The notes under the pieces were generated by a model. It was not told the origin of the DNA and did no database searches. It saw only the letters and a program-made list of their open reading frames with translations. Position numbers and translations under genes: made by a program. From assembly GCA_964247055.1 (NCBI GenBank), contig OZ176055.1:3038001-3102000 (forward strand): a stretch of 64,000 nt of DNA. The letters are read 5' to 3'. Below are positions 53,801 through 64,000 of the stretch, piece by piece (position 1 is the stretch's first letter; the number at the start of each line of letters is the position of its first letter). This DNA is from Paragordius varius (taxonomy: Eukaryota; Animalia; Nematomorpha).

Positions 53801-54780
53801 AGATAAACAAGCCAAGCCTAGTTGAAAATCCGACTTATCATTGGGATCCAAATGCTGCGATATGGGAACGGTTACACATCGATATAGCGGGACCAGTTGA
53901 CGGGTATTATTGGTTGTTACTGATTGATAGCTCATCCAAATGGGCGGAAGGGTTCATGTTAAAAAGGGTTAATTCGGTAAACATATTGCATAAACTCGAG
54001 GAAACCTTTGCCAGGTTTGGGTTTCCGAGGACGGTTATTAGTGATAATGCTTCTTATTTTAGTAATTCGTACTTCACATCCACTCTAACAAACTTGGGTA
54101 TTAAACACGTAAGGGTAACCCCCTATCATCCTAAAAGTAATGGGATGGTAGAAAGGTTAGTGGGGACCCTCAAGGGCAAGTATAGAAAAATCAAAAATGA
54201 TAATATTTCACCACAAGAAGCCTTCAATACCACTCTATGGTCGTATCGTAATTCAATACATGCGACTACAAAAGAAACCCCGTTTCAACTACTCTTCAAA
54301 CGAGTATCTCAAACACCCCTCACCTGGATCAACACAAAAGCAACAATCTTAGACGCACCCCGTCCACGCCGTGAATTCTCAATAAACCAACCCGTAATGA
54401 TGAGAAACGAACAAAATGTTGGATGGCGAGCCGGCGATGTTGTTGATAGAACGGGTCTCCTTTCGTACAGTGTGTGGGATCAGGTAAACCAGAAGATTGT
54501 CAGAAAGCATGCAGATCAGTTGAAACACGTAGACCTACCGGCCAACTCAACCGCACCAAACAATAGTAATGATAGTAATATAGACAATAACAATAATAAT
54601 AATGATAGTAGTATTGATAATAATAACAATAGTAATAACAATAATAATGATAAAATAAATGATAATAATAATGATAGTAGCAATGATAACATTAATAATA
54701 ATAATGACAATATCAATGCAAATCCGCACGAGCGACGTTACCCCGAGAGAATTCGGCGACCGCCGGTCCGGTTCTCTTAA
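50860..54780 (+). CDS. Gag-Pol polyprotein, 1306 aa
   Basis: Twin zinc knuckles (CNRCGNSH..C, CNKCGKPHHFAKMC), protease YDTGA, RT YLDD, RNase H (ETDASD...SAESNYSTIEKE), integrase HHCC plus DDE core (HIDIAG, SDNA, NGMVER), then an Asn/Asp-rich tail and RRYPERIRRPP. Confidence 0.97.
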   Translation: MTTPINLANLCIEKYNDNIKFEEYVEYMTNVMEAKDIPVTEQALKTTLLAYGGLMVVRKINQRLYPKKIKDAEWTEIMATGLKVFNPTKSKFQSRFEFFRLVRNNTESFTQFLERVKIAAEEAKFKDSIEERIRDAFVIGLRQPQLEIDIHSRYPDAEINGQPVPLETIVDLALAHEAARAGLHNNNDNTNYNNGNNLNRLQHTNNNNKAMRSRQPTAKPLTHSCNRCGNSHGPNKCPAWNRNCNKCGKPHHFAKMCRSKNTAKNLFNRQIHRKAMPTSPWTVKIMINNTEQTFIYDTGADISVISFDTWKQFGKPNIRPIPPVKAYNNSIVPLLGVTTVTVQINGQNLGNAECCVLKEKMSKAPLICGLDWITRFNIDIPKVRINFLKLDKIIENFPNLFKEELGCYIEPVTIHIAPNASPKVWPCRRVPFPLRAKVENELLRLQKLDILEPIDPNLTPLTWATPTVNVLKANGEVRICSDFRVTINKWLTEDSHIIPTFDDLVSKIGEGQVFTKIDLKDAYLQMPITKESQDLLTIATHKGFFRYKRMPFGLSTAPIIFQRVMDQVIKDCPGTCAYLDDVLVTGKSEQEHLINLNNVLNRLELAGFRLRKDKIKIGEPSVSYLGFEISNKGISPCKNKVKAINDFKKPVDKKSLRSFLGFLTFHERFIPKLQLIVSDLHSLTSKNVRWNWSEKHENCWKAAKELLSEQVFLTPYNPDRKLVIETDASDIGFGCILSHVVNGERKPIAYGSRKCSTAESNYSTIEKELKAIVFALEKFHNFIYGRKFEILTDHLPLVRLINRDRNLKEIQNAKILRWVNRLNDYDFELSYQAGPKNRADYLSRCPSDDNVDTIDRDYMVTRYLRFLNCHNVQLSRDEIRRETVKDKILQKVIKAIHNQDWSDVELAGFTNRKGEISYQYGLVSLNDRIIIPESLQSNVVNYLHSGHNNVETMKAMARFTCFWPKLENDLVRRYSECSACQINKPSLVENPTYHWDPNAAIWERLHIDIAGPVDGYYWLLLIDSSSKWAEGFMLKRVNSVNILHKLEETFARFGFPRTVISDNASYFSNSYFTSTLTNLGIKHVRVTPYHPKSNGMVERLVGTLKGKYRKIKNDNISPQEAFNTTLWSYRNSIHATTKETPFQLLFKRVSQTPLTWINTKATILDAPRPRREFSINQPVMMRNEQNVGWRAGDVVDRTGLLSYSVWDQVNQKIVRKHADQLKHVDLPANSTAPNNSNDSNIDNNNNNNDSSIDNNNNSNNNNNDKINDNNNDSSNDNINNNNDNINANPHERRYPERIRRPPVRFS

Positions 54781-54791
54781 GGGGGAAGTGA
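54779..54791 (+). promoter_or_regulatory. Polypurine tract
   Basis: AAGGGGGAAGTGA, overlapping the pol stop codon and immediately before the 3' LTR. Confidence 0.85.
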
Positions 54792-55086
54792 TGTTAGGCA
54801 AATTTGAAAGATATACTTTATTTTTATAATATTTTTCTGTGTTATATGCAAATGTGATATACATACTTTGGTTATATATTATAACTTTAACCCCTTATTT
54901 GAATTGTATTATTTTTGATATTTTTTGTGTTATATGTAAATATACAACCTTTGTTACTTGGAATTTTATTGATATAATGCAAATCATGGACAGTTAAAAT
55001 TGCTATATATACACCTTAAAAAAACCAAATAAATAGTTCAGTTCATTTCACATTTCTTTTATTATCTCTTATCTTAAAAGATAAAA
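54792..55086 (+). repeat. 3' LTR
   Basis: Matches the 5' LTR and is followed by the target-site duplication GATAT. Confidence 0.95.
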
Positions 55087-56842
55087 GATATTAACCACCT
55101 AGTTTTCGGTAAAAAATTGTGGGAAGTGTGTTATTGTCGCAACGTAACGTTTTATACAGTTTCTTATGTTTTTATATGGAATAGTATTAACCTTTGAACG
55201 TAAAAGATTGAATATCGTAATAACCTTTCTGTTCAAATAGGCCTGTTCAAAAAATGTCAAGGTTGCTATTTATTAGGATAAGACATATGATATAATCAAA
55301 TTTTTGACTAATTTCGCAATTAATTGTAAATAAATTATTAGTTTTATTTGAAATTCATTATCGATCAAAATATTTAAAAGCTTAGTGATAGTAAGTCATT
55401 GGCCTAAACTCTAAGTAAGTAGCATTTTCCCAAATAAGAATATATCCAACATATATGGCATATTTTTATATTGTAAGAATAAAAATAAACACTTTTTTTT
55501 ATTTCGTACACGATTATATTTTGGGTTATATCCGGAGGCTTAGAGTTGTAAATAAACTATTATTTTAAAATTTGTTTTGAAAATTTATAGAAATGGTTTT
55601 CCGGTATTAAATAATATTTACTATTTTCTAAAGTTCCGATTGAACCGAATACTGATTAACACATCATTACTTTTTACATTTTGTCCTAGTTGATCTTTCG
55701 GAGTAGTTTTATTTCCCACGACTCATGTATGTAAAAAAACTACATTGAAAATAATATTATTTAAAATTCCATTACCAAACATTCAACTCATGTATTAAAT
55801 AAAAAAGCTTATATTTATATAATTTCGTAACTAGAGTCTAAAATTGGGACATATTCAAAACACGATTGAAACAAACAGCTGATATTAGAAAATAAATACT
55901 TTTGGTTAAATGTAGCATGAAGGCTTGTTAAAGTTAATTATTTATATTTTGTAACCATAATATACATTTATTTGCCTGTTTGAATTTACTATTAAAAAAA
56001 TAATTGAAAGCACGGCGAAAAATTGATATAAGGATTTCTTTACAATACATTAAATAAAGTAGTTATAATACACCTAAAAGACCAAAAAAGCATTTTTTTA
56101 AATCTTAATAGCTCAAATACTTTTGGGACACTACCCCAAAAGATAGTGGATGTTTTAGATTCATGTATATTATTTTTTTGGTAAAATGTAAGAAACTCTA
56201 AAGTCAATTATCAACCTTTTTAAGCTCAATCATTTAGCTGTTATAGCGATGAAAATAGCCATTTAAGATACAAAAAAAAAGTTTTATGACAAATTTTTGC
56301 CAAACATTTTCTTATTAATTGCATTATATTTTTTAGATTCAAACAATTTACTGTTTTAAAAATTGTTTTGGTAAAATTTCATCAAAAACTCCTCTCTATT
56401 AGAAAAAACTATGTTTTATAGTACTTCTTGGGAATTCAGATACCTTTAAAACACAATTGAGACTTCCAGCTGATATTTGAACACATAATACCAAAATCTT
56501 CCTGATAAAATATGATTCGGAAGCTTTCAAGATTAATTATTTATATTTTTTAGCCTTGATATATAGTTCTGTAAGTGATGTAATCACGATATATAAAAAA
56601 TGGGTAAAAAGACCATGTTTCAGAATTTAACATTTTAAAAAAAATTATATTCAGAAAATTTTTATCAAATAACTATACTGTTTAATTATTAACATAATTA
56701 ACAAACTATAAAACTTGATAAAATCTAAAATAGTATAATAAAACGCCTATCAGGCTCTCCACAGAAAACAATAATACATATTGCGGTGTATCGCGGTTTT
56801 GCTTTATATTCGTTTTTACAAATTAAGTATTTATAACGCCAC

Positions 56843-58562
56843 ATGGTTCTTTTTCAAAGTCAAGCAGCATATGCTATGCACACACTTCGCACATGTACGA
56901 AAATAATTCCCAAATATACAGCGTTAACCCCATTTCCACTAACATATCCTAATTCTTTAATATGTAGCACCAATAATTTATACACCAGTCCTAATTTTGC
57001 CGGTTTATCATTGTGTTTTAGTGGCTTCGAGAAGCTCAATATTCTAGATAATTCTTTAAACAATAAGGAAAATAAACCTTTACAACCCCCATCATCGAAA
57101 TTGCAAAGTACATATAACACATTACACACTCACGTATTAAGTATTATAATGTATAGCTTCCAAATTTCTTTGTGGAAGCCCATCCCTTTCATATTTATCA
57201 TGATGATATGGTTTTTGAAAATAATATTAAGGGAACCGTTTTAAGGTTAAAACTCAATTTATAATGTAGGGGTAAAACAAAATACATATCTTGGATATAT
57301 TGGTTGCGGTTTACAGTGCCATTTCTTTACGGAAAATATAAATTAAATATTTTGAAAATGACCCTTAATCCTGATACAAAAACAATCCAAGTACGCTGGC
57401 AATTTCAAGGCGTTTCAAACATAAACACATTTTTTGGATTCCTGAAAAAGAAAAAAATTAACGTGTATAACTTTTAACTAATTTTTCAAACAAATGTATT
57501 AATATGTTTTTTGGTGCCTAAAAAATTCATACTTTAAACTAGCAAAAAGGTCGATGCAAAACTAAATTGCATTTTTTAAGGATATAACCTTTAAAAGTTA
57601 GATGTAAAAACTTAAATTATTAATGGGCAAAATTAAAATATTATTATATAATTTTTAAAGAGCGGTTATGAATTGAGAATTTGACTTATTATGCACTCTT
57701 CGTTAATTACACAATGTGCGTCTTTTTTTTAATTGAGTTTCGATAGGATTAAAACACATCACAAAATTTATATATTACATAATAACTAAAAAAACAATGA
57801 ATAAGTAACATCAATGTCTAATGAAAAGAAATGTATAATTATATTTTTTGAATGGTTTAAAATTAAATATCTAGGTTTTTTTTCGTGAGAAAATAATTTA
57901 AAGTGGTACCTAATGTGCTATTGTTCTTAGTTTAATTCCAATTTTTTATTATCCAATTGTATGACCTTTCATAAAAATTGTACTAATTATATATTTTCAG
58001 AATCAAGGATGGTTTTAGCACATTTTTCATGGATTCAAACGGGACCATCACAAAGCATTTAATGGACAAGGTTAAAATTATTAATTTTATTATATCAGCA
58101 CGATTTTTGATTTCTGCGGTTTGTATTTTAATAATCTCGGTTACCTCTTTTCGTAAAAAATGACATTTTTAAATATTTTTTTGTGCATTTATATTCCCTT
58201 ATATATATTGTATGTTAATTCTATATTTTTATGACAGTATTACGTTTAACAGTTAGTATTATTGATAACTATTTATAATAGTCTGTAAAAAAATTTTTTA
58301 TATGTTTCAGTCAACCGAATCTTTTTCATTGACTGGAAAATGTTTTAAGTGATTAAAAAACAATTTTTTTTAGTTAGGCTAGAAAGAAAAAGTAAACGTT
58401 GGGTTTTATATTTCTTTTTTATAGATGATGCCGGATGATGAATTAGTTCGTAATCCAAACAATCTTAAGGATAAAATTATGACTTCAGCAAAAATTGCAC
58501 TTATTTTGGGTCTCCTTTTCCCCGATGATAGGTGGAACGATTTACCAACCTCGCTTGATTAA
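56843..58562 (+). CDS. C6orf136: C6orf136/DUF2358-like protein, 260 aa, 5 exons
   Basis: Exons 56843-57133, 57157-57245, 57270-57464, 58001-58070 and 58425-58562 total 783 nt. The spliced peptide YNTLHTH|LPNFF...MVFENNIKGTVLR|GKTKY...IQVRWQFQG...DGFSTFFMDSNGTITKHLMDK|MMP follows the family pattern LP.LF...FENN...RW..G...DAYSTF...G.I..H.LDK.MP. Confidence 0.82.
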
Positions 58563-59042
58563 AAATTGGACTAATTTTATATTTTTTAAAATATAATGAA
58601 AAATCTTTTGTTTTTTTAAACTATGGATGTATGGACGCGATTGCAATACATTATATTTTATGAGTGTATTTGATATTTTTTACTATATTTATATTATCCG
58701 ATTAGCTTAATAGTCCGTTTGAAATTTAGTGATTTTTTTGGTAATAATAACGCACAAAAATACATAAAATTATATATATATATATATATATATATTATTT
58801 TTCTAAAATATAAAATGAATAATTTTGTATTATCGAACAATAAATCTATGTCTATACTTCATATTTATTATTACAAAATTTATAAAATAATTATTATAAA
58901 CATAAATCCAAATTGCAATAGTGTTTCATTGATTTGGTAGTTCTCCCTAAATATATATGTAAGATAAAATTATAAATTTTATATAAATAATCGTAAACTA
59001 AGAATTTTACAAAATTTACACAAGCCCAAGCGTGTTTATTAC

Positions 59043-61896
59043 CTATTGTTCAATTGTCTTTTTGGATCTTTTTATATTGGTTGTTTCATCAGAAACTGTT
59101 TTAGGCGTTTCTTGTAGGCCTTTGTCAAGGGACGTTAACACGTATGTTTGATGTTTTGAACCGCGTAACATGCGAATAAGTTTACGAATGGGTGGAGAGA
59201 TTAATTCATAATCAACTTCCTTGTCTTTGTCCCTTCCTATAAACAAACAAAAAAGTTTTGCAATTATATATATATCATGTACTTTAATAAAAAGCTTACA
59301 GCAAAAATTGAAATTCATCAGACGAAACATAAAAACTAAAAGACAAATAAATAATTTTTAATATAGATCCAAACTTTTTTACACGCTACATAAACTGCAT
59401 AATTACAATTTTGAAATATATAATTGAGTATGTAAACAATTCTTTTTTTATACAAAGTTCTATTTAAAAAAGGTTCAAAAGATATCGTCTTTTAAATAAA
59501 TACTCGTCTTTAATTTCACACCTTGTCTATATAATTCTATTTTATAGTAATTTATTGCGTAAAAAACTTGATACTTGTTACAGCACTGATAATTAGGCCC
59601 ATAATTATAACCGAAAACGATGATAATAAGCTGAAGTACAGGTATGATAAATGGAAGATTTTGAAATCATAGCTATATTAAAATAAATACAAAAGCTTTA
59701 GACAGAGATTATTAGTGGTAATTGAAAATTCAAGTTTTTAATGAATTCAATTGCTAAATTTACATAATTCCATAATAAAAATTTTGCTTCGTTAACAATT
59801 AAAAATATATAATTTTTGTGATATTCTTTACACTATTATAGAATTACAATTACTTTTTTGAAAAATGGTGGGCTTGTGGATAAGAGAAAGTTGAATTAAG
59901 TGGGATACTTATATTGTGATTGGTGAGACATCCATCTACCCTCATAGGTAATTTAGGGATATAAGGTTTATATATAGTTGCACCGATTCCCACGAAAAAG
60001 GAAAGGGCCGTTCCAAAAATCCATCCAACGAAAGAACCCTGCAAAATTAAAAAAAATGTGTAATGAATGAAAATTATAAAAAATCTATAATAGGGTTATC
60101 ATTGATACTTACTATAGTATTGGCCATAGGAAAAAACATTCCGAGCGTAAATAAGCCTAGCACAGGGCCTCCAATCATACCAAAAATGCTTAATGCTGTC
60201 TGCAAATAATTACAGTAAAAATTGAAATTATACAAAGACTTTAAAACAACATAAAGCAATTTTTTTTCAAAAAAAAGGATCGTTGTACATTTTAAAACGT
60301 GATTCATATAACTCATTGTAAGAAAAAATATGGAATATAGTTGTAAACTAACACCATAATCAATTATTATATATTCTACATTTGTATATAAATAATTAAT
60401 ATCGCAAAAATTAAAGTCTAAATATAGGTTGTCCTTTTAAAAAATATTTGTCTTAATATTTTTAAATATAATTTCATTTTATTATATAATGCCTTTTATT
60501 AAAAATTTTTTTATAAACATTATAAAATACTTGTAAAACTCCTCCGAAATAACTACTGACAAAAGCCATGCCTATCACAGATAAACCATAAAAAGCGGCC
60601 AATATTTTGGAAACTTTAGCGGCTTTATGTTCCGTTATATCTGGCCAAATTAGGAGTTTAGCAAAATCTTCCAAAGAAACTGCGGCTAGTGCATTGACGC
60701 CCGAAGACATTGTACTTTAAAATAAATATAAAATATATATATATATAAGGGTTTAGTAGTAAATTTAAATATTAACGAATGAATCCTGTTTAAAATATAA
60801 AATTCAAGTTTGCCATGATCTTTCGTATGCAAGATATATTTAAGACAAAATTACGCTTTCTACATGCCTATGTGAAAAGGCTCTTGCGATATAGATGCTT
60901 TTGCAGAGCATCAAAATTGGCATCTCTTGGTTAACCAAAGGGCTATCCAACCCACAACACGGAAAGGTGGGAATAGGATGTTTAGATAAATGTGTATAAT
61001 TACGAAGCTAATTAAATTCCGTAACTTAATCCCTAAATTATATCCAACGTTCATACAAAACCATTAATCCCCCATAAAAATTATCATTTTAATTAGTGGT
61101 TTATGTATAAATCAAATTTGTTTTCGAAAATCGGAAAATTTAGTGTCGCTTAAATTCTACATATAAAAAGTTAAATATGCAATTAAGTTGATGGTATACC
61201 TCATGGCTCCACAAAATAGGGCAGAAACGAAAATCCCCGGCAATCCAGGGTAATGAATAACTTTCATAACAAAGAGGGCAAGCATCTATGAAAATTTGAT
61301 TTTAAAAGGAAAAATTTTGGATGTTTTAATCCTAAAAATAATGCTGGGCTTTATAATTTTTTTGCCGATGGTTTAGCGCTTTAAAATATTTTATTTATCT
61401 GATAATTATTCTTGAAGTAGTACACGCTTTGCACAATAAATATCATTTAAATTAATTTAAGCCAGAGGTACTCATACTTACGCACTAAAAGTGCTTTTTA
61501 TGGCCATGAATCGTTTAATAAATTTTTGATGTGCTTATTTTGAGTAATATATTCATGGTCATAAAAAAGCACTTTTAGGGTCCTGGTTTGAGTACGGCTG
61601 GCCTAAAATCCTAATTAAAGTATTGCTAATTACTTTATTGACACAAACAAATGTTTCTCTAGAACAACAAACTTTAAAGGAAGATAAAAAACAAAAAGCT
61701 CAAATAAAACTCCGTTTCTCGAATAAATTAAAGTATATATTTATAAATTTTTATTTTCAAATTTACTTGGTCAGGCAATTTGATCTGACCAGAGAGCAAG
61801 GGGTCACAATCAAAAAAATGTCCGTACATGACAAGACCTGTGAAGGCACACAACGATATAATTGCTACTAAACAGGGAAAGTTGGTCCACATAGCC
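59043..61896 (-). CDS. SLC5A sodium:solute symporter (SLC5A8/12/6-like), 3' half; 5' exons lie beyond the window
   Basis: Minus-strand exons 61896-61767, 61285-61200, 60714-60531, 60199-60113, 60038-59854, 59672-59575 and 59236-59043. Peptides CDPLLSG...PDQ|ML...[18 protein letters not shown]|[31 protein letters not shown] and LSYLYF. Confidence 0.92.
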
Positions 61897-62221
61897 CTAT
61901 ACAAATGGCAAGATAAAAGATTTTTACGATAAATATAAAATTAAAATTATATTTGAAAAAGAATTTAGGAGTTTTTGTATTATAATCCAAAAAATATTTT
62001 TACAACTTTTTCTATAATAATTTAATGCAGCATATTTTTCATAATAACCGAGAAGTTTATTAATTAAGCTAAAAATAGCTCATATAATAACATTTTTAAT
62101 CAATTATTAATTAAAAATATATTGAATAAAATTACTATGATTATTTATTTAGAGGTATTTATGCTCAACACCGCGGAAAATTTATAGACTAATCTCAATA
62201 ATTTATTCATAACTAATTAGC

Positions 62222-64000
62222 ATGCATTGCGCTGTAGATGGAGGTCAATTTTTACATAATATATTTTTGAAGGAAACCTACTCAAATAATAATCATAAAA
62301 TGGTATATTATCTTAGAAAAGGGTACAATTCTAAAGAAAGTCTAATGATTACATTTTATCCTCTATTCCATAATTTCAATTTTATATTCAATAACCCATT
62401 TTACGGCTATTATTGCAAATTGATTTTTGCGTTAGCTATTGTGAGTGTAGTTATTACATCGGTGTTTATAACTTTGCTTATGTTAGTACTAATAATGTAT
62501 TGGCCAAAAAATGTGCGTTTAATTGGGTCCACCCCCAGAAATTTACATTGTTTGATAAGACTGGAAAATATTTTAAGTAATTTTCAACACTTCATTGAAA
62601 ATTATTTCGCTATCCCTATCCCGGGTAAAAATATGAATTTGCATGAAAGTAACATTATTGTACACGTTGATAATAATCGAGCAACAAATGATTCTCTTTG
62701 GTATTATTACGAAAAGCTTAAATTTTCATTAACCAAAATAAAGCTAAAAATTATGTCCACACTGGTACACATGCTTGATATAATTAAAGATCCAAATATA
62801 AAAACATACTCCCTGATAGATTTAGTAATTTTGCTCACATTGTATGGGACTAACCTATTCATATTATGGTTAATAAGTTTTCGTACCATTATAGAATGTA
62901 TGGCGAACAGTCCAATCGATAAGTTTTACAAACTTGAGTTATTATCTGTGCCATACAAGAGGAGCGACTATAACTCTACAAATCTATCAATTAGTTTAAA
63001 TTTTTTAACGCTCGTCAATGAATCCCTGAATCGTGAATTGGATCTTGTGCATAAGGACATGGGACAATTTACCACACCACCTACTTTTGGGTACCGTAAC
63101 AAAGTCACCCTAGACAAAAATGTTATTAGGATCAAAAATCGATTTAGTAATGATCAACTTTATGTTCCAACTAACGACACTCTAGCTCAAAATACAACTC
63201 ATTCATATGGGAAACATTTTGTCATAGATTGGGAAATGGAAATTTACATAAAGAGTCGAATAAGGAAACGTGCCTTTCACATCTACACATCGTATGGATG
63301 GAATTATTTCTTGGCCAATTGGTATGTCCCCATCTTGTATGGTGCAACTAATTACAGTTTTTGGTTAGTTATCCTTTACTGTATAAATAAACTGAGCGTG
63401 ACTAAATACGATCAAAATTACACTAATATAATGATGATGTTTGACAATGAACGGATTTTCCAATATTTAGTTTTTGGTTTAGCGTTAAGTATCGTATTTT
63501 ATTACCCCTTAACTTACATCTTCATAGAGGTAAAGGTTAGGGCCAGTTTTAATTATTTATTCACATGCATGATTCAATTACTAAACGTATTTCATGAGAA
63601 GGAAGGTGATTTTTTTTATAATTCACGCGTGTCACGTTATTTCGGTAAACGGAGTGAAAAGATATGGTTTTTATATGAATGCTTTCGCGAACTTATAGCT
63701 AAATGTATCCCAATCACTCTCCTAATCTACTTTTTAAGCCATCGGATGTTTGATGCATACCAATTACTTTCAAAATATCGCAATAATATGGTTGTATCAC
63801 CCATTCAACTACAAATTTTTAGCGATATCGCTTCCCAAAAACGGTTGGCTAAACCGGTACTACGGAAATTTACAAAAGACAACGGTGAACGTACACCCAA
63901 AAGTATGCAGGATACCATAATTATGAATAGTAAATTTTATCAACCTACACGATTGCTTTATCGATGTTACCTCACACAAGGGATAACAAGCCTTATATTT
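62222..64000 (+). CDS. Intronless ORF of at least 593 codons, multi-pass membrane protein (possibly a very divergent 7TM receptor), truncated by the window end
   Basis: ATG at 62222 follows an in-frame TAA at about 62210, and I found no stop in this frame up to 64000, which explains its absence from the ORF track. Hydrophobic segments include LIFALAIVSVVITSVFITLLMLVLIMYW, LVILLTLYGTNLFILWLISF, YSFWLVILYCINK, YLVFGLALSIVFYYPLTYIF and LIAKCIPITLLIYFL. Confidence 0.8.
   Translation, partial: MHCAVDGGQFLHNIFLKETYSNNNHKMVYYLRKGYNSKESLMITFYPLFHNFNFIFNNPFYGYYCKLIFALAIVSVVITSVFITLLMLVLIMYWPKNVRLIGSTPRNLHCLIRLENILSNFQHFIENYFAIPIPGKNMNLHESNIIVHVDNNRATNDSLWYYYEKLKFSLTKIKLKIMSTLVHMLDIIKDPNIKTYSLIDLVILLTLYGTNLFILWLISFRTIIECMANSPIDKFYKLELLSVPYKRSDYNSTNLSISLNFLTLVNESLNRELDLVHKDMGQFTTPPTFGYRNKVTLDKNVIRIKNRFSNDQLYVPTNDTLAQNTTHSYGKHFVIDWEMEIYIKSRIRKRAFHIYTSYGWNYFLANWYVPILYGATNYSFWLVILYCINKLSVTKYDQNYTNIMMMFDNERIFQYLVFGLALSIVFYYPLTYIFIEVKVRASFNYLFTCMIQLLNVFHEKEGDFFYNSRVSRYFGKRSEKIWFLYECFRELIAKCIPITLLIYFLSHRMFDAYQLLSKYRNNMVVSPIQLQIFSDIASQKRLAKPVLRKFTKDNGERTPKSMQDTIIMNSKFYQPTRLLYRCYLTQGITSLIF

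Larger units (their letters stand above)
50498..55086 (+). mobile_element. Intact Mag-like Ty3/gypsy LTR retrotransposon (4589 bp)
   Basis: Two 295-bp LTRs, identical by eye. 5-bp target-site duplication GATAT (50493-50497 / 55087-55091), PBS, PPT and a single uninterrupted gag-pol ORF. Confidence 0.97.

Noticed and set aside
62707-62889. 60-aa minus-strand ORF as a possible SLC5A exon
   Set aside because: It has no SLC5A motifs and is the antisense shadow of the long plus-strand ORF.

Overview
Very AT-rich animal (invertebrate-like) genomic DNA containing spliced genes; no prokaryotic features. By manual splicing I reconstruct these genes: (1) a TASK-family two-pore K+ channel (+, 4499-19685, 4 exons, about 1114 aa) with large loop and tail expansions; (2) a small two-exon secreted Cys/Thr/Arg-rich protein (+, 29458-30148); (3) TRAPPC9/Trs120 (+, about 34999-49569, about 27 exons), including a probable U12-type AT-AC intron and a GC-AG intron; (4) a C6orf136/DUF2358-like gene (+, 56843-58562) with 23-nt and 24-nt introns; (5) the 3' half of an SLC5A Na+/solute symporter (-, 59043-61896); (6) an intronless ORF of at least 593 codons (+, 62222 to the window end) encoding a multi-pass membrane protein. 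That ORF is absent from the supplied track and probably lies antisense inside an SLC5A intron. Mobile DNA includes an intact Mag-like Ty3/gypsy element (50498-55086; LTRs identical by eye, GATAT target-site duplication, TG...AA termini), a decayed relative (19890-23189, -), two LINE RT relics and several MITE families. Family assignments come from recalled motifs and manual alignment, not database searches. Most short ORFs in the supplied track are spurious.
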